Source of the DNA: Octopus bimaculoides
Lineage: Eukaryota
Reading direction: 5' to 3'
Length of the DNA stretch: 62,483 bases
Assembly (NCBI RefSeq): GCF_001194135.2
Contig: NC_068983.1
Location: 133,684,051-133,746,533, forward strand
Shown here: one piece after another, positions 37,111-49,658 of the stretch
How the letters are laid out: every line of letters starts with the position of its first letter
Numbering within the stretch: position 1 is the first letter of the stretch
Position numbers and translations under genes: made by a program
Notes under the pieces: generated by a model
The model's database searches: none
Told to the model about the DNA's origin: nothing
The model's input: only the letters and a program-made list of their open reading frames with translations

Positions 37111-37264
37111 GAGTCGTTCTTTATGTTACTTGCCTTGTTTTTCCATTTGTTTCTTTCGTTGTACGCATAAAAAAGTTCGTATTCCATGTTTTCGTATTTT
37201 GTATTTCATGTTGTTTACGTCTTGTGACGTTCTGTACCCATATATGCATATATATACATATATG

Positions 37265-37267
37265 TAT

Positions 37268-37365
<98 letters not shown>

Positions 37366-37495
37366 TATACATATGCATGTATGTGTGTTTATATATATTT
37401 ATATGTATGCTTATATGCATGCTTGTATGTGTGTTTATATGTATGTATATATAGATGGATGGATGGATGGATGGATGGATGGATGGTTGTTTTTC
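37265..37495. repeat. (TA)n, TATG/TG and (GGAT)n arrays
   Basis: Read directly from the sequence. Confidence 0.95.
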
Positions 37496-38583
37496 ATTTG
37501 CTTGTATGCGCAAAAATGTCTTCCGTAGTAAAAGAGAAAGTCAATTGAAAAATATTTATTGATGACAAGATTAGTAAAATTCAAACTCAGAATATAGGCA
37601 TCATTTATATGAAATTGTTTCGTGATTTACTTCGAATACATGCAACCGACATTCACTATCAATAATCAATCAATCAATCAATACAAAGAAAAGGTTGTGA
37701 ACTTTAAGCCTTAATAGCATCTTATGTGTATGCGTCAGTGAGTGAATATGTTTGTGTGTGAGTGCGTGTGTGTGTGTTGTTGGAGAAAGATAGAAAATAT
37801 GATAGATAGAGAGGAGTAGAGAAAAAAGATGAAGTGAGAGAAAGTGGGGATTAATGTGAGATTGAGAGGGTCAATATTAATTTGTGTATCATTTACTATT
37901 GCATCCGTTTCCTTTTCGAAAACAATCGAACAATTGATAATGGCAAAAGACACTATTTGTAAATGCCCTTTGCCTTTGGATTTTCAAGTGGACACTTGAA
38001 AATTGAAAATGGATTTCATAACCGAAACTACTTCAAAAAATCTGAACAACTTTTTGAAAAATGTTAAAGTCTCAAGAACTTTCGCAAAAGTTTACTATTG
38101 ACGATCAAATAAATAATCAATGTAAAAATTAATTAAATAAATAAAAACAAATTTCAGAAATTGATGAACTTTAAACATTAATCTTAAGCCATGCGTAAAC
38201 AGAGAATGTTTTCTAACTTTACACAGATACAACATTGTATTGTTTTTGCTGTTATTGTTACTGTTGTTGTTTTCGTAAGAGAAACCGTGTTGTTGTTTAG
38301 CCACGGGTTAGTTTAGACCATGTGGACTTGTAATCAAAGGCGCTTCAGTCATAACCATCCCATCCTTTTGTACAACAACTATTCTTTCATTAATAAATAA
38401 TTTCCATAAAACAAAAATGATGTCAGTGATTTTGTCTGACACTTCTATCTGTATAACAAGAACTAAATTCTTGAGCAAATTTGATATTATTTGATAAATA
38501 TATTCTACTCTTTCTAGCAAGTCAAGCGACAGTGTACAGGCCAACTCTCTAGTAGATCTAGCGACGAGTACTCTAGGCTTTAC

Positions 38584-38693
38584 GTGAAGTCGGTATTTAA
38601 CTGAATGAGACAGACTCCTAGTCTGAGATGTGACGTGCAGTGACATGTTCTCCAGCTCCAACTTTGCAGCATCGGCTGTAAAACTGGGTTTCG
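38584..38693 (-). CDS. Candidate internal coding exon (110 nt)
   Basis: Strong acceptor TTGATTTTTGTCTCCTCCACAG| and donor CAC|GTAAAG. Phase 1/0 frame (A)KPSFTADAAKLELENMSLHVTSQTRSLSHSVKYRLH; a second frame is also open. Confidence 0.35.
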
Positions 38694-39064
38694 CTGTGGA
38701 GGAGACAAAAATCAATAAACACAGGGATTTATAAATCAATAAATACCTGACCAGATGCTAACAATTTGTGTCGGTTGGCATTGAGACGTGAGGTGCTCTA
38801 AGACCCCGTACTACCGATTTCCTCTACAAAATTGGGATAATGGTGGCCTGTCGGAGAAATGAGCCCCACGAAGTGAAGTGACCGCTGCAGCAAGTGTCGC
38901 TGGCTATTTTCTATGGCAACGCAATAGCCATTATTACTGCGAAGTCTGTGGCCCTTCGCTCCCTCCCACTTCATATTCTGCTGCTTTACCCCAACCCCAA
39001 CTTTTTTTACTTTTCTTTCTTTTCCTTTCTTATTTCCCTGTGTTCCTGTTTCCTTCTGTTTAAA

Positions 39065-39620
39065 CGTTATGATTATTCGATCGAACCTGGTAAGATGGAA
39101 GATCGAATCTGGACTCACACGGTTAAGCAAATAAATAAATACCACCTGAAAACGCGTCTTCACTGGCATCAAGCGCTTCCGGTAGATCAGAGCGAAATTC
39201 CACATTTCTGCCCTTTCAATCGACTGTCAACTGCCAAGGTACCCTGTTTGTTCACACTTATCGATACTCAAAGTTTCCCGCCATCTTCTGTAATACACTG
39301 TGACCTCAATCGAGTTGTGCAGCAAATTCATGAAGTGTAAGTCGTCTGTTCGCGCGTATCAGTTCTCCCACAAGTTGACGATTCGTCTCAGTTGTCGCAA
39401 TTTGACGATCTCCTACTCAGTAGTTTATCTTCAACGTTATTTTCCCCTCCTTTAAGTTTGTCCATCCATCTCTGCACATTGCTTTTGTTAAGGGAGTCGT
39501 CGTCTTAAACTACCCGTAGTCTTCTGTGGGTGTCGGACAGCTTGTAACCTCCTTCGTCAAATTGCTTCTATTTGGGACACATATTTTGCCTCCGATGAAG
39601 AATAAGAAGATCTACTATAG
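39065..39620 (-). mobile_element. Third mariner transposase fragment (N-terminal)
   Basis: EGYKLSDTHRRLRVV*DDDSLNKSNVQRWMDKLKGGENNVED, ELIRANRRLTLHEFAAQL and RVPWQLT. Confidence 0.75.
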
Positions 39621-40257
39621 AGGAAGAGATTTGTGTCAACAGATAAAACAGTTATGCCCATTTTTACATTACTTTCGAGACAGTATACGTGTATGCATAT
39701 GTGCATGTATGTATATATGCTTGTGTGTATGTATATGTATATACACACGCACACATACATATACATACCTGTGTGTGTGTGTATACATCCGTTGGAACAC
39801 CGTTTCTACTGTTTTATTGCATGAACCTTGCGCTAACAGCCCCCCTTGTATAACCTATAACGAATACATTTCTATCATAATACTCCAATTAACTTAACTG
39901 CGCCACCTTTCCTTAAATTTTCAATATCCTAATCAGTGAGTTGCCTCGAGCTGTAACTCCACAGTTTCCATTAAAGTTTAATCCCTTTTTACCGCCGTAA
40001 ATACTAGGTTTACCACTCTCCCTTCCGATAGCTACATTTTATCAGATTCTATCTCATAGTATACTATAGTATATACCTTTAAGTTTTTAACTGATGATAG
40101 GAAATATTAAATATTCATCTCTTATATAAATATACTAATTCTACTTTCATCTCTTCCTGTCTTAGTTAAGACGTTAAGAAAATCTCCCCATTTTACAAAC
40201 ATACACACACACACACATGTATGATGTGTGTGTGTGTGTATGTATATTATATATATA

Positions 40258-40292
<35 letters not shown>

Positions 40293-41162
40293 GCATACAT
40301 AAATATATNNNNNNNNNNNNNNNNNNNNNNNNNNNNNNNNNNNNNNNNNNNNNNNNNNNNNNNNNNNNNNNNNNNNNNNNNNNNNNNNNNNNNNNNNNNN
40401 NNNNNNNNNNNNNNNNNNNNNNNNNNNNNNNNNNNNNNNNNNNNNNNNNNNNNNNNNNNNNNNNNNNNNNNNNNNNNNNNNNNNNNNNNNNNNNNNNNNN
40501 NNNNNNNNNNNNNNNNNNNNNNNNNNNNNNNNNNNNNNNNNNNNNNNNNNNNNNNNNNNNNNNNNNNNNNNNNNNNNNNNNNNNNNNNNNNNNNNNNNNN
40601 NNNNNNNNNNNNNNNNNNNNNNNNNNNNNNNNNNNNNNNNNNNNNNNNNNNNNNNNNNNNNNNNNNNNNNNNNNNNNNNNNNNNNNNNNNNNNNNNNNNN
40701 NNNNNNNNNNNNNNNNNNNNNNNNNNNNNNNNNNNNNNNNNNNNNNNNNNNNNNNNNNNNNNNNNNNNNNNNNNNNNNNNNNNNNNNNNNNNNNNNNNNN
40801 NNNNNNNNNNNNNNNNNNNNNNNNNNNNNNNNNNNNNNNNNNNNNNNNNNNNNNNNNNNNNNNNNNNNNNNNNNNNNNNNNNNNNNNNNNNNNNNNNNNN
40901 NNNNNNNNNNNNNNNNNNNNNNNNNNNNNNNNNNNNNNNNNNNNNNNNNNNNNNNNNNNNNNNNNNNNNNNNNNNNNNNNNNNNNNNNNNNNNNNNNNNN
41001 NNNNNNNNNNNNNNNNNNNNNNNNNNNNNNNNNNNNNNNNNNNNNNNNNNNNNNNNNNNNNNNNNNNNNNNNNNNNNNNNNNNNNNNNNNNNNNNNNNNN
41101 NNNNNNNNNNNNNNNNNNNNNNNNNNNNNNNNNNNNNNNNNNNNNNNNNNNNNNNNNNNNNN

Positions 41163-41210
<48 letters not shown>

Positions 41211-41307
41211 GGGGGGCTTTTACTTATATATACTTACATATGTGTGTATGGCATGTCTTTGTAGTGCAATGTATGGATTCATAGAATCATGTGGCTATCA
41301 GAAGCAC

Positions 41308-41434
41308 CTGTAATGGACCCGGTTAACAGAACACGTAGTATAATCCAATACGGAGGAGTATAATACAGAGTTCTGTGCGGCTGAAATCCGGGAGATCCAA
41401 TCGATGAAATTATTTCATGAGTAGCATATAAACC
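41308..41434 (-). CDS. Candidate internal coding exon (127 nt)
   Basis: Acceptor CACCTCTCATACCTCTGGACTTTTAG| and donor ACAG|GTGCTT. Only frame 0 is open: GLYATHEIISSIGSPGFQPHRTLYYTPPYWIILRVLLTGSIT. Ends in phase 1, compatible with 38693. Confidence 0.3.
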
Positions 41435-42195
41435 CTAAAAGTCCAGAGGTATGAGAGGTGCATGTATTTAACCACTTGTTATCCTTAGGATGACAGCGAT
41501 TTCTCAGCCTTCATCATGTATTTTTATTATGTTAATGCTTATATGTATGTGCTTCTATGCAGGTGAAACTATTGTTTTGGTTTCACAACAGTTTATTGAA
41601 ACACAATATTTTGAGGTCCTTTGACCTAACTCCATTTGGAAATAACTGTTCTTCAATACTACCTCTTTATATCTCCGGCTGTCTGTTATCTCTTGAATTC
41701 ATATATATTATACTGTATGTTTTTTAAATATTTATTTTTTGGACACTTTTTAACATATTTAATTTAACTAATCTACTTCCTCTCCTCTCTGTTTCCAGTC
41801 ATTTGTTAACATTAAGGATGGTCAATTACCTTAGCTTAGATTCAACATCTTGATTGGTATGATACAAAATATATTTATTATTTATATTTATTCTTAATGA
41901 CCATTCCAAACTAATTTTATCTAGTATCGTTCTTCCATACAGTGTACATATAAAGAGAAAACTTTGTATATATACTTTGAAGCATTGGTGTAACCATGAT
42001 TTTCTAGTGATCTGATGAGCCAGATTTCTTTATCTGCATTGATTTGTAAATATACAGTTTTGTTGTACAAGGAGTAACATGCATATTAGTGCAGGCATGT
42101 AACATAATTTGTTATGCACTAAAATTATTATTATTATATGACGAAGGTTGCGAGACGGGCGTAAACCTAAGACTAACATATTCTGTTATTCCTTT

Positions 42196-42427
42196 ATTTA
42201 TTTCAGTCATATGACTGCGACCATGCTGGAGCACTGCCTTAAAGGGATTTAGTGGAAGAAGTTGACCCCCAAGACTTATTCTTTGAAAGCCTAATACTTA
42301 TTCTATCGGTCAGTTTTGCTGAACCGCTAGGTTACGGGGACGTAAACACACCAACATCGGATGTTAAGCGATGGTAGGAGGCAAACAGAAACAAAGGCAC
42401 ACATACACATAAATATGTATACATATG

Positions 42428-42475
<48 letters not shown>

Positions 42476-42669
42476 TGTATATATATATATATATATATAT
42501 ANNNNNNNNNNNNNNNNNNNNNNNNNNNNNNNNNNNNNNNNNNNNNNNNNNNNNNNNNNNNNNNNNNNNNNNNNNNNNNNNNNNNNNNNNNNNNNNNNNN
42601 NNNNNNNNNNNNNNNNNNNNNNNNNNNNNNNNNNNNNNNNNNNNNNNNNNNNNNNNNNNNNNNNNNNNA

Positions 42670-42705
<36 letters not shown>

Positions 42706-42810
42706 AATAAAGAAAGAGAGGTTCAGTTTCCGTCTACCAAATCCACTCACAAGGCTTTGGTCGGCCCGAGGTTTGGTAGACGGAAACTGTAAGAAGCCCG
42801 TCATATATGT
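42196..42810 (-). mobile_element. SINE family A (minus) split by microsatellites and a gap, ending in a foldback junction with a plus-strand family A fragment (42771-42810)
   Basis: 3' half at 42196-42440; TTCAGTTTCCGTCTACCAAATCC...GGCCCGAG at 42722-42770, then GTTTGGTAGACGGAAACTG in the opposite orientation. Confidence 0.85.
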
Positions 42811-42869
42811 GTGTGTGTGCATGTGTGTGTACGCGCGCGCGTGTGTGTGTGCGTGCGTAAAATGGTTGT

Positions 42870-43922
42870 ATTAGATTCGTCCTTTAATTTGGAGGTTTCC
42901 AAAAAAGATTTCTAATATTGATTCTTCATATTTTGCTGGTAGTTTACAGGCGAAAATTTGCGAAAATGAAAATAATACTTGTTTACGATGTGTTGTGAAT
43001 TTATGGAAAGAAATCCTATAAAACTGAACAATTTTGTAAAAAATGATTATTTTGCTAAGTTTTCCGATGAGCCTTACCTTTAGATCAGTATGAAAGTTAA
43101 GTTTGTGGTCTTTTAGGCTAATTCTAGGTCTACATAGTTCATAAACTTCAGTTACGTCGCCAATTCGGTATACACTCATTATTTCTTTGGCTTTAGTATA
43201 AATAGATTTTAAAACATCTTTATTTATAATCTTATATTGCTTTGTAATTTCTTTGTGTAGGAGATTATGGTATAGGTCTACATCTACGTTATATAGATTT
43301 CCAGTTTTATCGGACCGTACGATTATACCTTTTAATTTTCGAAGTTCATTAACTTTAAGCTTCAAATAACGTAGGTGATTGTTCCTGAGAACGTTTTTCT
43401 TAAACTTAATATTCCTAAGTAGATTCCATTGGTCGTCTTCAAAATTTTCTGATATACAGTTTGCTAGTGGAACTTTCCGGGATTTAAAATTGCTTCTAAT
43501 TTTTATGAGTTCTTCGTTTGTTTTATTGTCTAATTTTTCTTCTGTACTATTTTGTTTGTCAAAGAATAGAGGTTTCCATCTCATTCTTCTGGTGAGAGCA
43601 TGGAATTTAGCTATTATATCCTTAATGTACTCCTTACGGGTAAGCAAAGGTACGTCCTTAAGAGATGTTTCCATTTCAATCTTCTCCATTTTATTTTTAA
43701 ATTATTAGAAATCAATTTCTTATTAATAAAAGATTATTAATAATGGTAAAAGTAATATATGTGTAAAAAGCTTGAATTAGATTCGTCCTTTAATTTGGAG
43801 GTTTCCAAAAAAGATTTCTAATATTGATTCTTCATATTTTGTTAGTAGTTTACAGGCGTAGATTTGCAAATGTGAAAACAATACTTGTTTATGATGTGCT
43901 GTGAATTTATGGAAAGAAATCC
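42870..43922 (-). mobile_element. Penelope-like element, internally deleted, with 147-bp terminal direct repeats
   Basis: Repeats 42870-43016 and 43776-43922 differ at ~10 positions. ORF 43689->42871 has SLKDVP, RRMRWK.LFF, VRSDKTGNLY and ISLKDHKLNF...VRLI, a PLE N-terminal pattern, and stops before the RT core. Confidence 0.75.
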
Positions 43923-43949
43923 CGTAAATCTCTCTAACACTTGTTTACG

Positions 43950-44640
43950 TTAACAACCCAGTAGCTCTTTATACAGTCTCCTCTAGATTATTTACAATCC
44001 AAGAACTGTAGATTGCTGCTGAATACCTAATAAACAAAAGAGACAGTGAAGCCCTTTGGGTTACAAGTTGCAACAGAAAATGTAGATTATAACATATTTC
44101 TGTGAAAGACATCACACGTATGATTAGTGTCTGCTCCAAAATACCATCAAGGTACAACCTCCCTATGCGACACGACGTTGTCGCAAAAACAATATATAAT
44201 GCCATCCAGAAACTGAGTAAACTAGAATAAATATAGAGAATCTCCCTGTTATTGAATACGTGCACAAACATCAATACAAAGTATACTAGTGGAACATCCC
44301 CATCAAAATATATGTCAAGTGTAAACATAACAAGCCGGTTACTGTTGTTTGAGATAGACAAGAAAAAGTATGTACCTTCATAGAGGTTAGTTGACCAGCT
44401 GATGTGAAAATCAAAGAGAAAGAGGATAATTATGGACAACTACTTCGAAACTTCCAGCTTCTATATCCAGATTACAAATTTACATTTATACAAATAATAA
44501 CAGGTGCGCTTGGTTTTGTGGGTAAATGCCTAACCGACAGACTGGATAAGATATTCGCACATTATGCATACGATCTGCAAGAGAAACAATAAAATTATGC
44601 AAAACATTTCTGAACTTTAAAATATGACATTGCTTTCGTT
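43950..44640 (+). mobile_element. R4-like RLE retrotransposon 3' fragment
   Basis: KCRL...LPMRHDVVAKTIYN, KCKHNKP, FIEVS*PADVKI, KEKEDNYGQLLRNFQLLYPDYKF and IITGALGFV. Confidence 0.8.
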
Positions 44641-45143
44641 ATCTACATTCCAACAATAGAGCTTTATACTTTATTCATGAGAGGGAATGATACATCAATC
44701 AGCTCCGAGGGGACCAATTAATAATTTAAGCACTTGAAATATGGCATGAACCCCTCACTCTCCCTTCCAGATATTCCTTTATGAAGCCAAGGGGATAATT
44801 CTCTCGCCCCCTTCTTTTTCCTCTCTCTCCCTCTCCCTCTATCCTGTCTCCCCTCTCTCTTTCTCTCTTTGTCTCTCTTTTTATATTTAACTATCTACCT
44901 ACCTTACTCTCTCTCTCTCTTAATTAAAGATATTTCAGTACTTCTGTCTATCCATAATTACTTTATCAGTTTTTTTTCCAGTTTTTCAGTAAATTTATTT
45001 CCCCAAAAGCAAAACAAAGCAGAAATCTAATCACGCAAATATATATTTTGTGTGTGTGTGTGTGTATGTGTGTGTGTATGTGTGTGTGTATGTATGAGAA
45101 TATGTAATTGTGAGAGTGTACATGTACATATATATATTTCTAA

Positions 45144-45219
<76 letters not shown>

Positions 45220-45795
45220 GCGCCTGTGTGAATGTATATGTATGAATATACATGTGTAAATGTGAGCATGTATGTGTGTAAGCGTGTGTAAATATTTGTA
45301 TATGTGTATTTGTGTGCGCGCACGCGCGTGTGTATACATGTTTTCCTATTCAGTTACTTTTCTTTATATGTATTTTTTTTTATTTTTAGCTGCAGTACTT
45401 TTATATTTGTTTAATTTATTTTCTTCAGTTTCTAATCTCTATATTTAGAGGAAGGGATGGATGGGCTGCTTTAATATTTTTCTATACTTTGTTGCTGTTT
45501 TTGCTTGTTTTTCATGAAACTCATAAAACGTTGATTTCAAAATAGTTTTAAATATCAAAAATTTAAGCCTAGACGTAATTTCTGCGAAAATGATGGATAA
45601 CTTTATCTTTATAAACACGTCATGTACGTTTATGTATGTATGCATGTGTATTTGAATGTGTGCAAGCATCAATTTATGCATGTATGTATGTGTGCATCAT
45701 GTATGTGGCAATGTATATACATATCAATGTGTGAACGTATGTACGTAAGTTCGTATATATGAGCGTGTGCTTGTGCATGCCTATTTGTATGTATG

Positions 45796-45846
<51 letters not shown>

Positions 45847-46194
45847 ATTATCGACCACGCATACTCAACGTACATGCCTTGCTTGTTCGCCGATAGTCTG
45901 CAATCTAGGGCGGTGGGGATGACTCCCTCAACTCGCCGAGTGTTAAAACGCCTGAAGGTCATAGACAGGCGAGACGACTAACCCCAAATCTCATTCAGGA
46001 ACGATGTATATCGATACATCGCCATTTTTGTACCTTATCAACAGCACGTATCCTAATCGGATCGAGGCAAACTGAATCACCAGTCCATGACTGCACAAAT
46101 AGTGTAAAAACCATTTGCTGGGACGCCATGGTAATGTTGGTTGAGTTGGTGTGTTGGTTGAGCTCTCGATACACACCAACAAGTGTGTGCATCT

Positions 46195-47330
46195 TTGTAA
46201 TGTCTTGCTGTGCCGCTAATAGATTGGATTAGGAGAATCTGTGTCATTTTCTTTTGCTCATTCTTCGAAAAACCTAGTATTTCTGGGTTTCTGTGTAAAT
46301 TTGTAGGTACATAGCCTAATGCATCTATGATGATAGATACAAATGAGAATTTATAGTCAGGGTACAAGAGCTGTAAGTTCAGCATTAATTCAACAGAAAA
46401 TGTTCTCTTGTTCTTGACCCACAGAACAATGTTCTGTTTGCATCGAACTGTAGTTTTTATTGGAGAGTTCTACCAGTATTTTTGTTTTTAAATGTGAATA
46501 CATGTTGTTTCTGACATGCTTTTGATGTATATATCACGACAATCCTTCCGGTGGAAAGCGTTGTAAATAGTCTTTGCAACTATATCGTGCCTGACGGGCA
46601 AGTAGTATCACGCAGACATTTTGGGGCTGCTACTTATGATGTGGGTGATATCCAGCCTTGAAACCTGCAACATTCCTCATCAGACATAAGGGAAGAGTTA
46701 AGTCATTGATGGAGATGTTGCTAGTCTGGTTTACAGTTTTCTCTCTTTTCACAACTATATAGCAACATTTCTCTTCACCAAATTCCAGCCCTATATCCTT
46801 TGAGAATGTTGTAACCAGATCAAGGCTCCTTTTCATCTCATGCATATTCTTTGCATATAGTTTCATGTCATCCACTATATCAGTATGTAATTTTAGTATT
46901 TCAGTATGTAATTTCAGTATTTCTGCTTCTTTGCGAACCAGTGAAATATCCTTCAGACTTCCTTAACGTGACAAAGGGTTTACAGAAAGTATAAACAACA
47001 CAGAGAGACTGTCCTCATGGAATATGCCACTGCGATACTGTATTCTATCAGAGATAATACAATCACTCCTTGTATTTAACTTCAAGATGGTGGCCCACGA
47101 TGAAGTCAGATCAGTTGTGGCTTTGACTATGCTTACTGGAACTTTAGCAAGTTGAAGGGTTTCTAGCATCCATGAATGGGGAACAGAGTCAAAGGCTTAC
47201 TTGTAGTCTAGCCCCATTGAAATTAGGTTCCGTCTATGCTCCCGCACCTCTGACATTACAGTTTTGTTTATCAACAATTGCTCGGCACATCCCTAGACTC
47301 CCTTCTTCCCAGCTGCTTGTTCTGCTATGA
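46195..47330 (-). mobile_element. R4-like RLE retrotransposon with internal deletion, related to 43950-44640 but inverted
   Basis: LDYK*AFDSVPHSW, RSGIFHEDSLSV, MDDMKLYAK, FSKDIGLEFGEEKC, RHDIVAKTIYN and NLQLLYPDYKFSFVSIIIDALG. Confidence 0.8.
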
Positions 47331-47998
47331 TAATGTTATTGCTTTCACGATGGTCTTGGAAGAGGTTTAAATATGCTGTATGTATGTATGTATGTATGTA
47401 TGTATGTATGTATGCATGTATGTATGTATGTATGTATGTATGTATGTATGTATGTATGTATGAATTTTTGAGATTATTTAATGTTTTTATAGAACTCAAG
47501 TGAGTCACAAACAAAGTAACGTCATTTTTTTGTCTGATACGAAACGATTCTTAAGAATTGTGAATATGCGAGTGTGCATATGTGTAGGTGCATGTGGGGT
47601 GATGCTTAGATTCATATGACGGGTTTGTATGTTTCTTTATTACACAAGTGTTTCGTTGCTTTTTATATGTGTGTATGCATAAATTAAGTGCATGTGACTG
47701 TAATATATTCATCTTAAGAAATTCAAATGAATCTTAAGCAGAACAGCAGGAAAAGATACAGGAAAACGAAGGAATAGAAGTTCTTCATAGATAGGTCGTT
47801 ATCGGGAAAGATCATACTCTAATATCACAGATAAAAGAAAGAAGAACCCAGGCAATCTTTTACATCTGCTTCTGAGGTTCGGTGATCAGTAAGTGCAATA
47901 GTGTGCTTTGTGCGTACGTATACATGTTGTAAATCAGTATTAGTGAATGTATATGAAATAAGACAAACTTGAAATTAAAGTATCACCAAATCAAAGTA

Positions 47999-48163
47999 TA
48001 GGTGCAGGTGTGGTTACGTGGTAAGAAGCTTGCTTCCCAACCACATGGTTTCGGGTTCAGTCTCACTCTGTGAAACCTTGGGAAAGTGTCTTCTGCTATA
48101 GTCTCGGGCCGACCAAAGCCTTGTCAGTGGATTTGGTAGACGGAAACTGAAGGAAGCCTGTTG

Positions 48164-48195
<32 letters not shown>

Positions 48196-48455
48196 TGTAT
48201 TATGTGTATACGTATATGTATATATTTATGTGTGCCTTTGTGTCTGTGTTTGTCGCCCCAAGCACGCACCGCTTAACAACCGATGTTGGTATGTTTACGT
48301 CCGCGTATCCTAGCGGTTCGGCACAAGAGACCGATAGAATAAGTACCGGGCTTTAAAAAAAATAAGTCCTGAAGTTAATTTGTTTGACTAAAACCTTTAA
48401 AGATGGTGCCCCAGCATGGCCGCAGTCAAGCAACAGAAGCAAGTAAAATAAAATA
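47999..48455 (+). mobile_element. SINE family A, full length
   Basis: GGTGCAGGTGTGGTTACGTGGTAAGAAGC...CCCAGCATGGCCGCAGTC...AAGTAAAATAAAA. Confidence 0.9.
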
Positions 48456-48769
48456 AAAGGAAAACTCCATCATCGAAATAAAATAAAATGCTAGTGGTTG
48501 ATGTAAATTGATGTTAGTGAATGAATATGCAATAACACAAAACTATGTAGTGTGTGTTTACAAAGTAATGTGATATTTCTGACGTAGTGAAGCATAGTTG
48601 CCATTGTTGCTATTGTGGTTGACCTTGTATTAGTGTACTGGTGGTGGTGGTAGTGGTGGTGGTGGTGGTGGTGGTGGTGGTTATTGCTGTTGTTTACTCC
48701 TAGATTTGCTAATCAAGAAAATCTGATTAAAGACACTCCGGCTTTGACCATTCCGTCTATTAAGTTCCC

Positions 48770-49425
48770 TATAACATCAGTGACTTTGGTTTAACTATTC
48801 ACAACCTAATCTGGAGTGCACACGGCAACAATATGACCTGCAGCATGTGCCAATAGATTCTTAGAACTTTCCAGTCTAGACATCTTGATATTAGTATTAT
48901 TCGGTTCTCTACCTTCGCCAGGTCTCATCTTCAATATTGTTATTCTTTACACGAAACAAAACATTATGAGAATTGAAGCACCTCAGAGATAGATCAAAAA
49001 AATAATAAATGGTATGACAGACTTTGACTCAAAAAGCTCAAACTTTACCCCTTCCAACGCTGCCATGAATACTGCATTATGTATATGACGTAATAAATAT
49101 CCAATGAATACAGTCCAAACAAAACTGGTTTCAAGTCCACAAGTTACCCAAGGCTAACACTGCATACTAAATTCGAGCTCATATCACGTAACATTGCAAC
49201 ACAGTTTTTCTATCTCAACTGGCCCTGCCTAATTCAAAACTACTCCGAAAGAAATCATAAATGAAAAATTCTACCACCGACATCTGGATACATCTCATCA
49301 AACCACAACTCCATACTTGAGTGGGCTATGGTATCCTAAAACATAACTTAAAAGACTAGCCCCTGATGATGATATTAAGTTAAACATAGCCTTGGACAAT
49401 TAAGGCCAAAACCTAAGGTATCTAT
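48770..49425 (+). mobile_element. CR1-clade LINE 3' fragment
   Basis: Resembles 27120-27660 (ILRTFQSRHLD, LPSPGLIFN; 3' end AAAGACT...ATTAAGTT(A/G)(A/G)ACAT(A/G)GCC). Confidence 0.7.
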
Positions 49426-49620
49426 GTAGGACCACATTTTTTACCGTGCCAATCTACTGTGAGTAGAATATTCACATTGCAGACAGCCGAAATGATATTA
49501 TGATAACAATACGGACAATTGGTATTGGAGCGCGGTTCAGAAGTTCACTTCGCAATTATATGAATCTAGGTTTCTGAGTATATGTTCAGTAAGGTGCACT
49601 GGATAAGAGTATTCTACTAC

Positions 49621-49658
<38 letters not shown>

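Noticed and set aside
38694-38746. 53-nt GT-AG intron upstream of the 38693 candidate exon
   Set aside because: Very short, and no upstream exon with a good acceptor and compatible open frame was found.
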